From NCBI RefSeq assembly GCF_009914755.1, contig NC_060930.1: DNA of 64,000 nt, one strand, 5' to 3'. The notes beneath the pieces were generated by a model. It was not told the DNA's origin. It saw nothing but the letters and a program-made list of their open reading frames with translations, and did not search any database. Of the stretch, positions 14,605-28,081 are shown piece after piece. The first letter of the stretch is position 1; each line of letters begins with the position of its first letter. The translations under genes were made by a program, and so were the position numbers. Source of the stretch: the human T2T-CHM13v2.0 reference genome, Homo sapiens.

Positions 14605-17600
14605 GTAAGTAATATCAACCATTACGTATAGATATACCAAGACAATGCACAATGTCTTGTCAAATGATGCCTTCTCAGCTAAGACCCCATAGCCATGCAA
14701 AGTGGTTATGGGGTAAATGACAACTGGAAGAAAATGAAGCCTCCTCTGCTATTTTTGTCAGTTGTCTTGTCTCCGGGCTTTGATATCTCAGGCCTTGGTA
14801 GAATTATTCATATAAACAATAATATGTACTATGTGGTTTTGATCTTTCTGGTAAGACTCCATGAAGTAATTTGTGGATCAGGATGGTTCTAAGGGTGTAT
14901 TGGGTTTTTTGTTGTGATAATGTTGCATAATTGTCTCCAAACCGCAGTGGGTTATATACACAAATATGTATTTCACCTTCATGGATTTGCAGGTTGACTG
15001 TGGTTTAGCTACTCCTGGCTGGGTTCTGCAGGCTGGCCTTGGCAAAGGTTAAGCCGGATGCCAAAGCTGAGGTTCAAGTTCGGGTTCTGTTCCACATGTC
15101 TTCATCCTGGAACCCAAGCTGAAGAGGGAAAAGCAGCTACCTGGAGCATACTCTGCTGGTGGAGAGCAGAAACTTGCCAGGTCTCTCAGTGCTTCAAGTC
15201 AATATGAATATGACTGTTAATCCTCACAGTCTATTGGTCAAAACAAGTCACATGAAAAATCAGATGGGGTCATATACTCTGTGTACTAGTGCAAAGCATC
15301 ACAGAGCTGCACAGCAAAGGGTACGGATGTATAATTATCTTACAGCAAGGGAAGAAGTGCCTAATAAGGAACAACAATCCAGTCTACCAAAAAGCCATTT
15401 TCTTTTGAATTCTACCAGTTTTATGACAAGCAACTCAATAAACCTTAAAAAGAAAAAGAACGTATACCATAGACTTGATTTCTTAACCCAGTCTGCTAGA
15501 AATTTATAGTTGAATATTACACACATAATTTTTTTTTCCAAGAAGAGATCCTTGCACTTCTCCATGCTGATTTAGTTTCACACTTGGCATATTCCCTGCT
15601 GCTTAGACACTTTTTCTTATGTCTTGTTCCCGAACCCACGTTTGTGTATTTACCACAGTCCATATTTTGCTAACCACAATACTACATGCCTCTCTCTGTT
15701 GTTACCAAGACATCTGAGGCAGAATCTGGTAGAATTGCTTTTGTCTTGAGTGTGCTCTGATAGAGAACATTTTCACTGGGGATAAGACTGTTTCTGGTTT
15801 ACAGATTTCATTGTTGATTGTGTGGCACTATTGAAATATAACCCTGAATTGTGGTTTTCAGGGATGTCCCACTTTTAAGACTTTCCCTACCAGCACTGGT
15901 CCGTGTGACCCAGCCATTTTCTTACTTCCCATTAGCACTTCCTCTGTGTGTCATACGTTTTATTTGGCATAACTTTTTCATGCCCCTGTTTCCTGATTAT
16001 TTTATGTAAATCTTATCTCCCTTGTCAAAAATTGAAGTTTCTTTAGAGCACATTGGGTCCTTTTTATAGTCACAGGCTTCAGATAAATAGTACAGTTGTA
16101 GGCACAAAACAGGTTCTAAGTGCTTACTGAATTGAAGAAAATTACTCATAAATATATTACAAGGCACTATTTAGGAGTAAGCATAAGTTGTTTATTGCCA
16201 CATACTCTCCATGTAAATATGCTGAAAGCACATTAAAAAAATGATAATTCAGTTATTTTATTTTGCATTTTTACAGGTATGAATGTATGCCAGTATATTT
16301 TGAAAATGCATTCAATTGCAGATCTCATCCACAGAAGGCAAAGAAGTACATGGCCTTTTCTTTAGTGAAATGGCAGTTTAATGGTAAATTGTCTCTCACT
16401 GATAACATCTCAGAAGACACTCAAATTTAATTCTTGAAAAGTAGTGTTTGCTATTTATATACTGTATGTTTTTGGAAAGGCATTCCATTTATCTTTTAAC
16501 GCCTTTCATCTATCCAATTTTGTTGGTTTTATCAGTTAACTCTTAATTCAGATCCACAAAGTAGCCCCCAACAAATAGTAATAAGTAGTAATAGTAGTAG
16601 TGGTAACTACTGCTCACATTTTTTTTTTTTCCTCTCCTGAAATTGATGCATTGGGACCCAGTCTAAGACCAGGACACATGCATCCATGATGGCATTTACT
16701 GTGAGCACAGGGCCCTGGCACAGTGATTCACATTGGCACATATTCTCTGCAAGGATTTGGATAATGAGATTGAGTTCTGTACCAGTCTAGAGACTCCAGA
16801 AGTTTGCAGCTTATTTTCTTTGGACCGGAGCTAGAATATGTCTGCAAAAAAATCAAACGGGCCAGAGAGTCTATGGTTTTAGGAATGAATCTGTCTGTTA
16901 GTATTAAAATGAATTCCAGAAGTAATTGAAAACAAACTTTCTTTCCATGTCTCCTGTTTATTGATGCTACTTGGAGCCTAATGTCTTTAGATTTGTCTTA
17001 GAGATGATCTGAAGTGATCTTCTGGTGCCACAGCATAGTAGGGGGTATCTCCAGAAACTCCACTGTGGGTGAGGCAGGCATCATATTTTTCACACCTCTT
17101 GTGACAGGTAATCAAAAGCATGTCACAGGTACCCAGTAGTGATTGATGGTGAGAAAGAGGATGTCTCTTATGACTAGGAGATGAGATCAGCAGATAGATT
17201 GTTCTGTTTTCATTACCTCCAGTAACTTTCTGTATGACAATGCAGATTTGGCCCTTCTAATCTTTGTGTGCAGGTAGAAAACTTCAAAACTGACTTATAC
17301 CTTATGAGTATTAATGAGAGAATGCATTCAATATATTAAAAATATTTGGTAGAAATGTTATAGAACTATAAATTTTTAATTCTAAAAATGAGCTATAATT
17401 TTAGTGCTTAGAAAAAAGATGGCTTTCATAATTTAAGAGAAACAAAGAAATAAATTTTTTTTTAAAAAAAGAAAAATTCCAAATTCTGACTGTCTGTATT
17501 TACCAATTCCATTTTCTGTGAGGAAATAGATTGGTTTCTTCTGTTCTCAAAACGTAAGGGGTAATTAATTTAGTGAATTAAGAGAATGTGCTTTCCGGTT

Positions 17601-17757
17601 AGCTCTTTAAAAACCTACTCAGTGCAATAAATAGTTGTTGAATGTACTGACATGTTTACTAAAGTGCATTTAGTATGAATAGTAATGGCTAACCTGAATA
17701 CAGGTCAGTATTTACATCCTTAAAGACAGTTGGCCATAAAGCTGGGTTCACCCTCTT

Positions 17758-18068
<311 letters not shown>

Positions 18069-18732
18069 CCTGTCTTGTTCTTTTTAACTGTGGTTAAATC
18101 CAGGAAGAACCAGGCATTGATGTGAAAATTATGTGTAGTAATAGCCCACCCTTACAGGCCATTATTAGTGGTTCCTTCTTTGGGGTCAGACAGAGCTGAT
18201 CATTCTGGCTGTAACTCTTATGGCTATTTGACCTTGAATAAATTCTTTAATTGTTCTAAAGTTCAGACTCTTTATCTGGAAAGAATTGAGATTAACTCCC
18301 TCATGCAGTCATAAAGATTAAACCAAGCAGTGTGTGTAACAGTACTGAACAAAAAATTTGGTGCATATGGTTAATGTTCAATAAATATTTAACTGTTTCC
18401 TGTCATCTTTGTATTCACTAGGTCTGCCTGGCTTGTTAGTTTACTATTTGGGGCGGATTTGAATGTGGCTCTTCAGGTGGTATTGAAAATGGTATTTCAT
18501 GAACACTTGCATATTTGGATGCATGGAAATCTCAATGGATAGAATTTTCTGTTCCATGGGGCACCAGATTCTAGTCATTGATTTTTTTACACATTGAGTC
18601 TCTGTAACAGCCCTTTTGCAGATAAAGAAACTGAAAGTTAGAGAAATTAGGTAACTTACCCAAGGCTACATACCTTGTAGGTGGTGGAGTCTGGATTTTA
18701 ACCAGGCCTGTCTTACTTTAAAGGTACCTTTC

Positions 18733-19033
18733 AGCCGGGCACAATGGCTCACACCTGTAATCCCAGCACTTTGGGAGGCTGAGGTGGGCAGATCACCTGA
18801 AGTCAGTAGTTCAAGACCAACCTGGCCAACATGGCAAAACCCCATCTCTACTAAAAATACAAAAATTAGCTGGGCATGGTGGCAGGTGCCTATAATCCCA
18901 GCTACTTGGGAGGCTGAGGCAGGAGAATCACTTGAACCCAGGAGGGGGGGATTACCGTGAGCCGAGATCGTGGCACTGCACTCCCGCCTGGATGACAGAG
19001 TGAGACTCCTTCTCAAAATAAATAAATAAATAA
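18733..19033 (+). mobile_element. AluS
   Basis: Alu body with (AAAT)n tail; TSD taaaaggtacc. Confidence 0.95.
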
Positions 19034-19227
19034 AAGGTACCCTTCTGCCTTAATAGCATGGGTTAAGTGTTATTCAGATGAATCACAGAGCATATGGAAA
19101 ACAGAACTTCTCAGGTATATGAAGTTTATAAAATCTCGGCTTTAAGGGAATTTTTGAAATTAAAAACATTTAATTTAAAAGCTAATTTAAAATACTAGTT
19201 TACCCGTGGGGCTTGATTTTCCTCTTA

Positions 19228-19648
19228 ATAGTGATTCTCATTGGTTGTGGTACCCTTTCCTGGGGCATTTTGGTTGGCGTGGTTGTGGGAAGGGCGCTAC
19301 TGGCATTTAGTTGGGGGCAAGCAGAGGTGCCAAATGCCCTGCAATGAGTGAGGCAGTCCAAGAAAATGAAGAATTGACCCTTGTACTTGGGAATTTCGTA
19401 TCTTCTTCTGTAGGAGCAATATGAATCTATATTATGTCTTCTAATGAACTTATGTCTGAGAATTTACATATTGAAATACCTGTGATCAAGTACTTTCCTT
19501 TGGGGCATCATGATGATTTTATAAAATTAAGTGTGTAAGTAGGTTACATGATCTATGAATTTCATCTCAATATTATGAAGGGCGTATAATAAAATGCTTT
19601 ACATATTTATTTAGGTGAGGTGTTGAATTTGATAAGGCTGAGAACTGC
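19228..19648. mobile_element. MER20/MER20B-like hAT element
   Basis: agtgattctca...gctactggcatttag...gccaaatgccctgcaatg...gaagaattgacc...tgagaactgc. Confidence 0.55.
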
Positions 19649-21861
19649 GTTTCTACAGTAGTCATATAAAACGGTTGCTCAGTATGTGCCCTGTCACTCT
19701 TGAAGATGAGGAAGCCATTCCATCTGCAGGCAGCTGTTTGCACCTACCTCTCAGACAGTTCTTCCTTATACTGAGCCACCGACCTCTCTCCCTCCATATC
19801 TAATGTCTAATTCTAGGTATACCCCTTGAAGATCTGTCTATCAAGCCTAAATCATCTATTAGATAAAGATCCTTCAGATGTTTAAAAACAGCTGTCATTT
19901 AATCCAAGTCTTCTCTCCTGACCAACTCCTTTGACTAATATTCTTAAAATCTAGTTTCATGCCATTTAACCATCCTGTTTGTTCTAATTTCCCTATAGTG
20001 TGAGATCCCTAGCTAAATGCAATAATCTTGATGTAGTCTAATCCTCAAAAAGGGTATGACAGACTATTATAATCTGTTTATTCTGGGTTGATAGCACTAG
20101 TGGGTTTTTTCGAGGTGAGGGGGAGGAAGGTGCACAGTGGAATTACCCAACTGTAATTCCATATATGAATCTTCCAGATATGAATCATATTCACTTGCAC
20201 TAACACTAAACTGTACCGCTCTCATTTCTTAGTACCTCACCAGTAAAACATCAGATTCATGTGGGGTAAATTTCCACCTTATAATAATTGACTCCTTTCT
20301 ACAGACAGCCGAGGGCTTTTGAACCCTAATGCTGCTATCCAGGATGTTATTAAGTACCTACGTCTCCAAATGGCTGATAAGGGAGGCCTCTATATTTTTG
20401 TTCAAGTCAGTGGGAAATATACTCATGAGGACAGGGCATAAGAAAAAATACTGCATTAAGCTATTAATCTTCTCCCTCCAGGTTCAGAATGGATTTCAGC
20501 TCTCAGAGCAACTGAGGTTGGTCAGTCAGTCAACACATACCTCTTGGTACAGTGATTCAGTGATTTCCTTTATTCATTTAATCATATAAACATCTACCTA
20601 CACACCCAACCCACATTTCTCCATCTTATCCATAAGCAGACAAGAGAAATCTATCAAATGCCTCTTAAGTGCAGTTACATGTGTTTTCCTCATTTTCCTG
20701 ATCCACTAGAATAGCAGCTATGTCAGGGAGGGAAATTAGGACAGTGTGATTTGACTAAGCCAGCATTCCCTGAATGTCCTCTCGTCTACCAGCCCTTGCA
20801 CTCCAGCCTTACCAGATCACTCAGGATTCCCCGAACACCACACATTCCTGCCAGTGGCTTGCACATCCTCATTCTGCCTGATGAGCCTGACCTCTTCTGC
20901 ATTCACGGTCTGGGAAACTCCTGCATCTCCTTCCCAGCCCAGCACTGGCATCACCTGTGACATTGCTGGGACACTCCTTCCCTTTGAGGCAGCGTAAGTT
21001 GCTCAGTGCTCTGTGCTGTGTGGTTCCTTGTGACCACTAGTATCAGAGCACTCACCACATCTCATTTAATCAGCTGATAAGTTATAGTTGCCTCTTCTTC
21101 CTGAGCTTCCTGGCTGATGAATGCTGTCTTCATCTTTGTGTCTGCAGCAGAATACTTGGTCCGTGATAGATGTTTCCAAAAGTGATCCACTTGTCCTGCT
21201 GAATTGTTGGCTTTGTGGGATCATTCTAGATCTCAGGGTCCACAGCTCCCTCCCTCTGTTTTCTTACCAAACTGCCTTAAATGATCATTTCTAAAATTTT
21301 CCTGGGAATCTATGTGATGATATGCTTCAGTGTATAGTTTGCACAATTACCCTTTCTAAACTAAAATGCATTTGTCTGTTTTCAGGCTTCTGGCATTTTC
21401 TACACCTTCTGCAGTTCTTCACCCTGCCAGTGACTTTTTAGAAATCTCATTTGCATGTTCTTTTCTAAGAGAGAACTTATAAAATGATCTGTCTAGCCCA
21501 GAGATGGGTCTTCATTTAGAGTATGTAGGAGATTTGATGGCATCTCTTGACTCATCTTAGGTAAAAGGGCAAGGAAACTCACATTTGTTTAATTTTTCTC
21601 AGGTCAAATTTGAGCACCCTAGGCAGAGAATAATGGAATAGGAGTTGATGAGTTCTCCATTCATTTTGCCATGCAAAGATGTCAAACCCTTTCCCGAATA
21701 GCAGATCCGGAGCCCATCCTTGATCATCACCTTGCTTCAGGAATAACTTTTTAGTTGTTTGTTGCTGAATCATTCATTTTTGTTTTTTTGTTGTTGTTGC
21801 ATTGTTTTTGTAACATGTATTTATTTATTTGGGGGGTATTATCTGATTGCTCTCCTTTAAG

Positions 21862-22155
21862 TTGTTTTTTGTTTTTTTTTGAGAGAGAGTCTCTCTCTGA
21901 CGCCCAGGCTGGAGTGCAGTGGTGCAATCTAGGCTCACTGCAACCTCCGCCTCTCAGGTTGATCTCGTGCCTCAGCTACCTGCGTAGCTGGGACACCAGG
22001 CATGTGCCACCACGTCTGGCTACTTTTTGTGTTTTTAGTAGAGATGGAGTTTTGCCATGTTGGATAGGCTGGTCTTGAACTCCTGACCTCAAGCCTTCCA
22101 CCTGCTTCAGCCTCCCAAAGTGCTGGGAATATAGGCATGAGCCACTGCGTCTGGG
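21862..22155 (-). mobile_element. Alu (older S/J)
   Basis: Diverged Alu in reverse complement. Confidence 0.9.
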
Positions 22156-22632
22156 TACCCTTGTAAGTTTGTGGCACACGTTTGTATCTGGTTCTGCGTC
22201 CTTCCCAGGTTTCTCTACTGTTACAGGGAGTGTTCAAATTTCTGACCTTGTGTAACATTGAAATTTGAATATTTTTGCTTTGTTTAGATGACAGTGTGGC
22301 TTTGAGAGACTGAACACCTGTCATATTTTGGTATAAATATAACTATTTTCTAGGAGGAAATGCCTGCATAGAAAGGTCCATTTTGATCTGTTCCTTACGT
22401 GACCAAACACAGTGTGACCAAGCCTCAATGTGTACTCCTGACATCATTTCATTTGTATATTAAGAAACATGTTGTTGGGAAAACAGCTGATGGGCCTCAT
22501 GGATATACTGCTGTTTTTCTAGTCCTGACTTGTTATACTTGAATATTCAAGGAACTGCAGTGTGTTGGAGGTGAATCCAAAAAGCCATGCTTTGCTATGT
22601 GGGTCCACAGCTGTGTGACCCACAGCTGACAG

Positions 22633-22872
22633 GCTGAGAGGTATTAATTAATTTCCTGAATTCAACAGCACTAGCTGTGGTACGGCAGTTATTTAAATCC
22701 AGTCTGGTGTACACTCCAGTGTCTTTCAATAACCTTTGGAGCCAGAAAGCATTTGGGGATGAGCTAGAAAAAGTAGTCCGGAGTCAACAACATCCAGTGC
22801 TGCAGCACAGAATTTGCAAGTTAAGACACATGTACCTAGCCACTGGGACAGGGAGGTCATTGAGGACCTCCA
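22633..22872 (-). repeat. 240-bp inverted copy of 24476-24715, flanked by a 21-bp direct repeat
   Basis: Manual alignment gives 230/240 identity with no indels; cagctgtgtgacccacagctg at 22608-22628 and 22871-22891. Confidence 0.95.
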
Positions 22873-24475
22873 GCTGTGTGACCCACAGCTGTGTGGGTCA
22901 GTTTGGTGTAGTTAAGGGGTCTCTGCTGGTTCTGTTCTTTTAAATGGTGCCATGTGTACAAACAAGGAACACTTTTCTGATGATTCAAAAAATACTTTGT
23001 CTTCATCACAGCTCTTTTGAGGTAAGGATTTTTATGTGCTATTTTTATTTGAATAATGAACTGGATTTAAGTTTAATTGACTATCCTGATTTAAGATTGC
23101 AAAAAAAAATATTTAGATGGAAGATTCATCTTGTGCTTTCTCGTGAAATTCTTTTTGGTCTGCAATACACCATAAATGCAGGAGACTCTTAGAAGTCAGC
23201 ATTTAGATGAGTCTAGAGTGTATTGAATGAAGGAAAGTCAACATTAAATGAATGAAGGGCTTTTAAGAAGCCCATTATGACCACTTATAATGGAAAATGT
23301 AGTTCCCATTAGAGACTGATTTAAGGAGCTCTGGTTCTTCACTGAAGCATGAAGGCTGCAGTGTGGTGTTCTGTGCAAATCATTTTTATAGCATTCTCTA
23401 CTGAGCTCCTTCTGGTTAATCTGTTGGTGTGTCTAAACCTGTAAGAACTGCATCTATCATGTTTAGGGAATACAAAAATTTCCAGAAACTTAAACCAAAG
23501 ATTAGCATATTTTTCATTTACCTAATAGGATATTGAAAAATAAAAAAAGCCTTACTGGTTGTAATCAGACACAGCAGCACCAGATGTCAACTATTGGATC
23601 ATTTAATCTTTTTCTCTTGTGCATATTTTCATTAATATTTTTCTACTTGAACCAAATATTAGTTTCTGGCTCATCTTGCAGTATAAAAATTTTCCAATTA
23701 GATTGCTGTAACTTAATTTTTATTCATGACTGGAAATTTAATAGAAATCATTGCTTTTGTAACATGTAGGAGATGAACTTTAAAATAAACCACCTGACCC
23801 AGGGCAGGGCAGAGAGCCTAGGATTCTGATCTTTCCTGGAGTCTGAGGGAGGCTGGCATGAGACTCCATCCTCCATCCCTAAGTAATTCTTAATTTGGGA
23901 GGAATTTTTGGATTTGTATTGGTCTGCCATATAATTGACGTTATCCCCAGTCCTGGATTAATTTACCTCCTTGCTTAGCTTTTATATGGATTTTCTGCCT
24001 ACTTATGTGCCAGTTATTTAGGGAAGTATAGTAAAAGTGAAACTTGGTGTTATTTGACTTGAAGGAATTTATGGTTGGGGCGAGGAGACTAATTGAAATG
24101 CTGTTGTCACACAGTATATGATTAAGTGCCTTGCAGTAAGTTATAGGTGATATATGAAATAAGCTCTTTAGGGGAGAGGAGCGCACACAAGTGGTCAGGG
24201 AAGGCTTTGAAGTAGAATTGGGCCTTGTCAGAAGGAGGAGCCTAGCAAGGTTGCCTCGTGCCTGAGGAAAGAGTGAGGATAAAGGTGCAGAGTTGGGGAG
24301 ACGCCCAGGGGGTTCAAACCACAGTGTGAAACTGAGCTCATGAGAGTTAGACACTCAGCCGCCATCTTTCCTTTTTCTTCTTTCTCCTTGCACTCGAATT
24401 CTTGAATGAGTACTAACTACCCCAACTCATGGTAGCATGGCTTCCACTCCCAATACGTCACTAATGCAGTCCCGT

Positions 24476-24715
24476 TGGAGGTCCTCAATGACCTCCCTGT
24501 CCCAGTGGCTAGGTACATGTGCCTTAACTTGCGAATTCTGTGCTGCAGCATTGGATGTTGTTGACTCCGGACTACTTTTTCTAGCTCATCTCCAAATGCT
24601 TTCTGGCTCCAAAGGTTATTGAAAGACACTGGAGTGTATACCAGACTGGATTTAAATTGCTGCCGCACCACAGCTAGTGCTGTTGAATTAAGGAAATTAA
24701 TTAGTACCTCTCAGC
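24476..24715 (+). repeat. Donor segment of the inverted duplication (3' part overlaps a MIR running to ~24830)
   Basis: Reverse complement of 22633-22872; ORF-track entries 22677..22943(+) and 24417..24671(-) give nearly the same peptide. Confidence 0.95.
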
Positions 24716-25925
24716 ATCAGTTTAATGGAAATAAGGACATCTAAATCATAGTGTGGTTGAAAGATAAAAAGATAACATAGGGATAATATGTTGAAGTAAA
24801 TGGCTGTTGGTAGGCAGGCATCAAGATTAGTTCCCTTTCCGTACCTGGTAGCCATGCTTTCCTTGCCTGAGTGTGCCTAGCCCCTTTCACTTCTATCCCT
24901 TTGCTCTGGCATTCCTGCTTTCTGGAATTGAAATCCTAACCACTTTACCCATTGAAATCCTAACCACTCTGAAAGGTTTATCACCTCAAGCAGAATTGAA
25001 CTTCACATCTTTTGGATTCTTACTTAGTATTATTCATTGGACAGCCCCAAGTTACTACCCTACAGTTTAGTTATCTGCACAGTCATATTTTCCTGACTGG
25101 ATGGAAAACTCTTTGAGGGTGAAGCCCAAGTCAGGGATGTGAAGATAAACTAGTAAGAGCTGAGACTGTGTACTCCCATGTTTCTGTACAGGGCTGAATG
25201 AATAGTTGTCAGGCTTCCAAGGTGATCTCATCATCATATTGTTTTTTCTCCTTTTCTTCCTAACCACAAGCATATGCTGATAATTTCTAATTCCTTTCCT
25301 CTAGCCTTCACTGCCCTTCTGTGCTTTCAGTGTAATCAAACGTCTGGTGAATGTCTCCAACTCCACTATCCCATAGCCGTCTCAAAGGCACAATGTCCAC
25401 AACCGATTTCTTACCTCCTTCTGCTCCCCTGTCCTACATGCAGCCTGCCCTTTTCATGTATATTGTACTAGATCTTCGGTGCCGTAACCCACGCAGTTCC
25501 TGAAGCAGAAACTTGGAGGACATCCTTCATTCCTTACTTTCCTTGTTATCTACACTGCATGACTCATCAAATGTCAACTCATCAGTCTCCTAAGTATTTC
25601 TTGAGTCCATCCCTCCTCTTTCTATGTCAACTACTGCTGCCTAGTTTTGGGTGCTCCTCCCTCAATTAGTTTGACTGTAATTTCTTTTTAATGAATCTAC
25701 TTCACCCTGTCCTTAAATCCTCTCACGTCAATCCTCTACCTCTGCCGTCTGATTATGCTACACTCCCTCATGGAGAACCCTCTGGTGGCGCCCTTCCATG
25801 TACCTTGGGGATGAGAAAATTAGTTTTATCTCATGGACCAGCTCTGATGGATTTGGTAATGGCTCTGCAAATGCTGCCGCTGGGTTCAGCATGAGCAATT
25901 GATGGCCTCTGACAAGGTGCAGTGA

Positions 25926-26423
<498 letters not shown>

Positions 26424-26778
26424 GGAAATCCATTCTTAACCTACAACCTTAGTGTGTGCTCAGAATACCTGGGGTGGGCCTTGCATAGTGTTAAGTGTTA
26501 TTTGTTTTTAATTGGCAAATAGAAATTATATATATGTTTTTTTAATGATATTTTGAAAATATACATTAGAAAATGGCTAAATTTAGCTAATTAAGTATTT
26601 TTCCTGAGGTCTATTTTTCAGCAGTACATATCACATTGTCTTGAAATCCTAAGTGTCTCTCCTGAAAGACAATATATACTGTTAGAGCAAATATCATGTC
26701 TTTATCTTTGACCTCTGGGACTTATCACACTCCCTTTCATGTAGTATGTATTGTGGATTAATTTGTTTATTGAATTGA

Positions 26779-27144
<366 letters not shown>

Positions 27145-27967
27145 TAAATTTGATAGGTGAACAAACTATTGCTTCAGGGTGAAAGGACAAATTTTAGGAA
27201 TGTTAGTGCTCTGCAGAAATTTAGACTGGTGAATCACTGAATAAGTAGACAATTGGAAATTTTTGAGCAGGGGAGTGGCATGATAAAAGTGGTATTTGAG
27301 GAAGCTTGATCTGGAGACAACCTTTTTTTATATTATAGGCTTAAGCCACTGCTGGCAAGCGTGGGTGAGGGTCGCAGGGGTGGAGAAGAGGGAGACGCAA
27401 GGGTTTAAAGCCATGCTGAGGAAGAGCTTCCTGTGTCTTTGTACTTTCATTTCCACATTTGCTCAAGTGGGATGTACTTGCTGGCATGTTTCCGAAAATA
27501 AAATAGAGTGCTGAAGTTATTTTTATTTTTTTAAAAAAACATTCTTGTAAAACACCTAAGTGAGCCATTTTACATAATTATCTGAGACATATGCCTTATT
27601 AATTGCTTGGGAAGAGTGATTATGAGTTCAATTTTTTTTTAAATAATTAGCATCTACATAGTTAGGCTACAATCTTCCAAAGTCAGTGAAGGTTTTTATT
27701 TTGGCATGTTTTAAAATAGTTGTTAGTTGTGAGGAAAATACTGCAGTTTGGTTTTCCATCAGGTTTTGCTTTATAGTTTAACATCTCCATTCTGATTGTA
27801 GTTTCTCCCATGGACATTTGCATTTCATATTTGACTCATGTGACTGTTTCCTGGTTAAAGTTTATTTTTCATTTGTTTTAGTCCATGTAGTTCTACTCCA
27901 TTTTATTTTTCACATTGGCCAGTGTAAACTTTTAAGTTTACAGTTGCTTTGTTATCTTTTCTTACAG

Positions 27968-28031
27968 GGTTACGACTCACTGATTAAAAAGAGGGACTTT
28001 TTCAAATACTTTGCACTTTTGATTGTGTATT
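27968..28031 (+). other. NCOA7: Exon 2, 5' UTR portion (64 nt)
   Basis: Polypyrimidine tract and acceptor ttatcttttcttacag|ggttac at 27967/27968; in-frame TGA at 27981-27983 upstream of the ATG. Confidence 0.85.
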
Positions 28032-28081
28032 ATGGATACCAAGGAAGAGAAGAAGGAACGGAAACAAAGTTATTTTGCTCG
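28032..28081 (+). CDS. NCOA7: First coding exon of nuclear receptor coactivator 7 (MDTKEEKKERKQSYFA + CG of R; phase-2 end)
   Basis: ATG in good Kozak context (attATGg); the translation matches the NCOA7 long-isoform N-terminus as I recall it; strong donor CG|GTAAGC at 28081/28082. Confidence 0.93.

Noticed and set aside
22677-24671. Two near-identical ORFs on opposite strands as a duplicated small gene or toxin/antitoxin-like pair
   Set aside because: They only reflect the inverted duplication; GTG starts, partly MIR-derived, no promoter or splice support.
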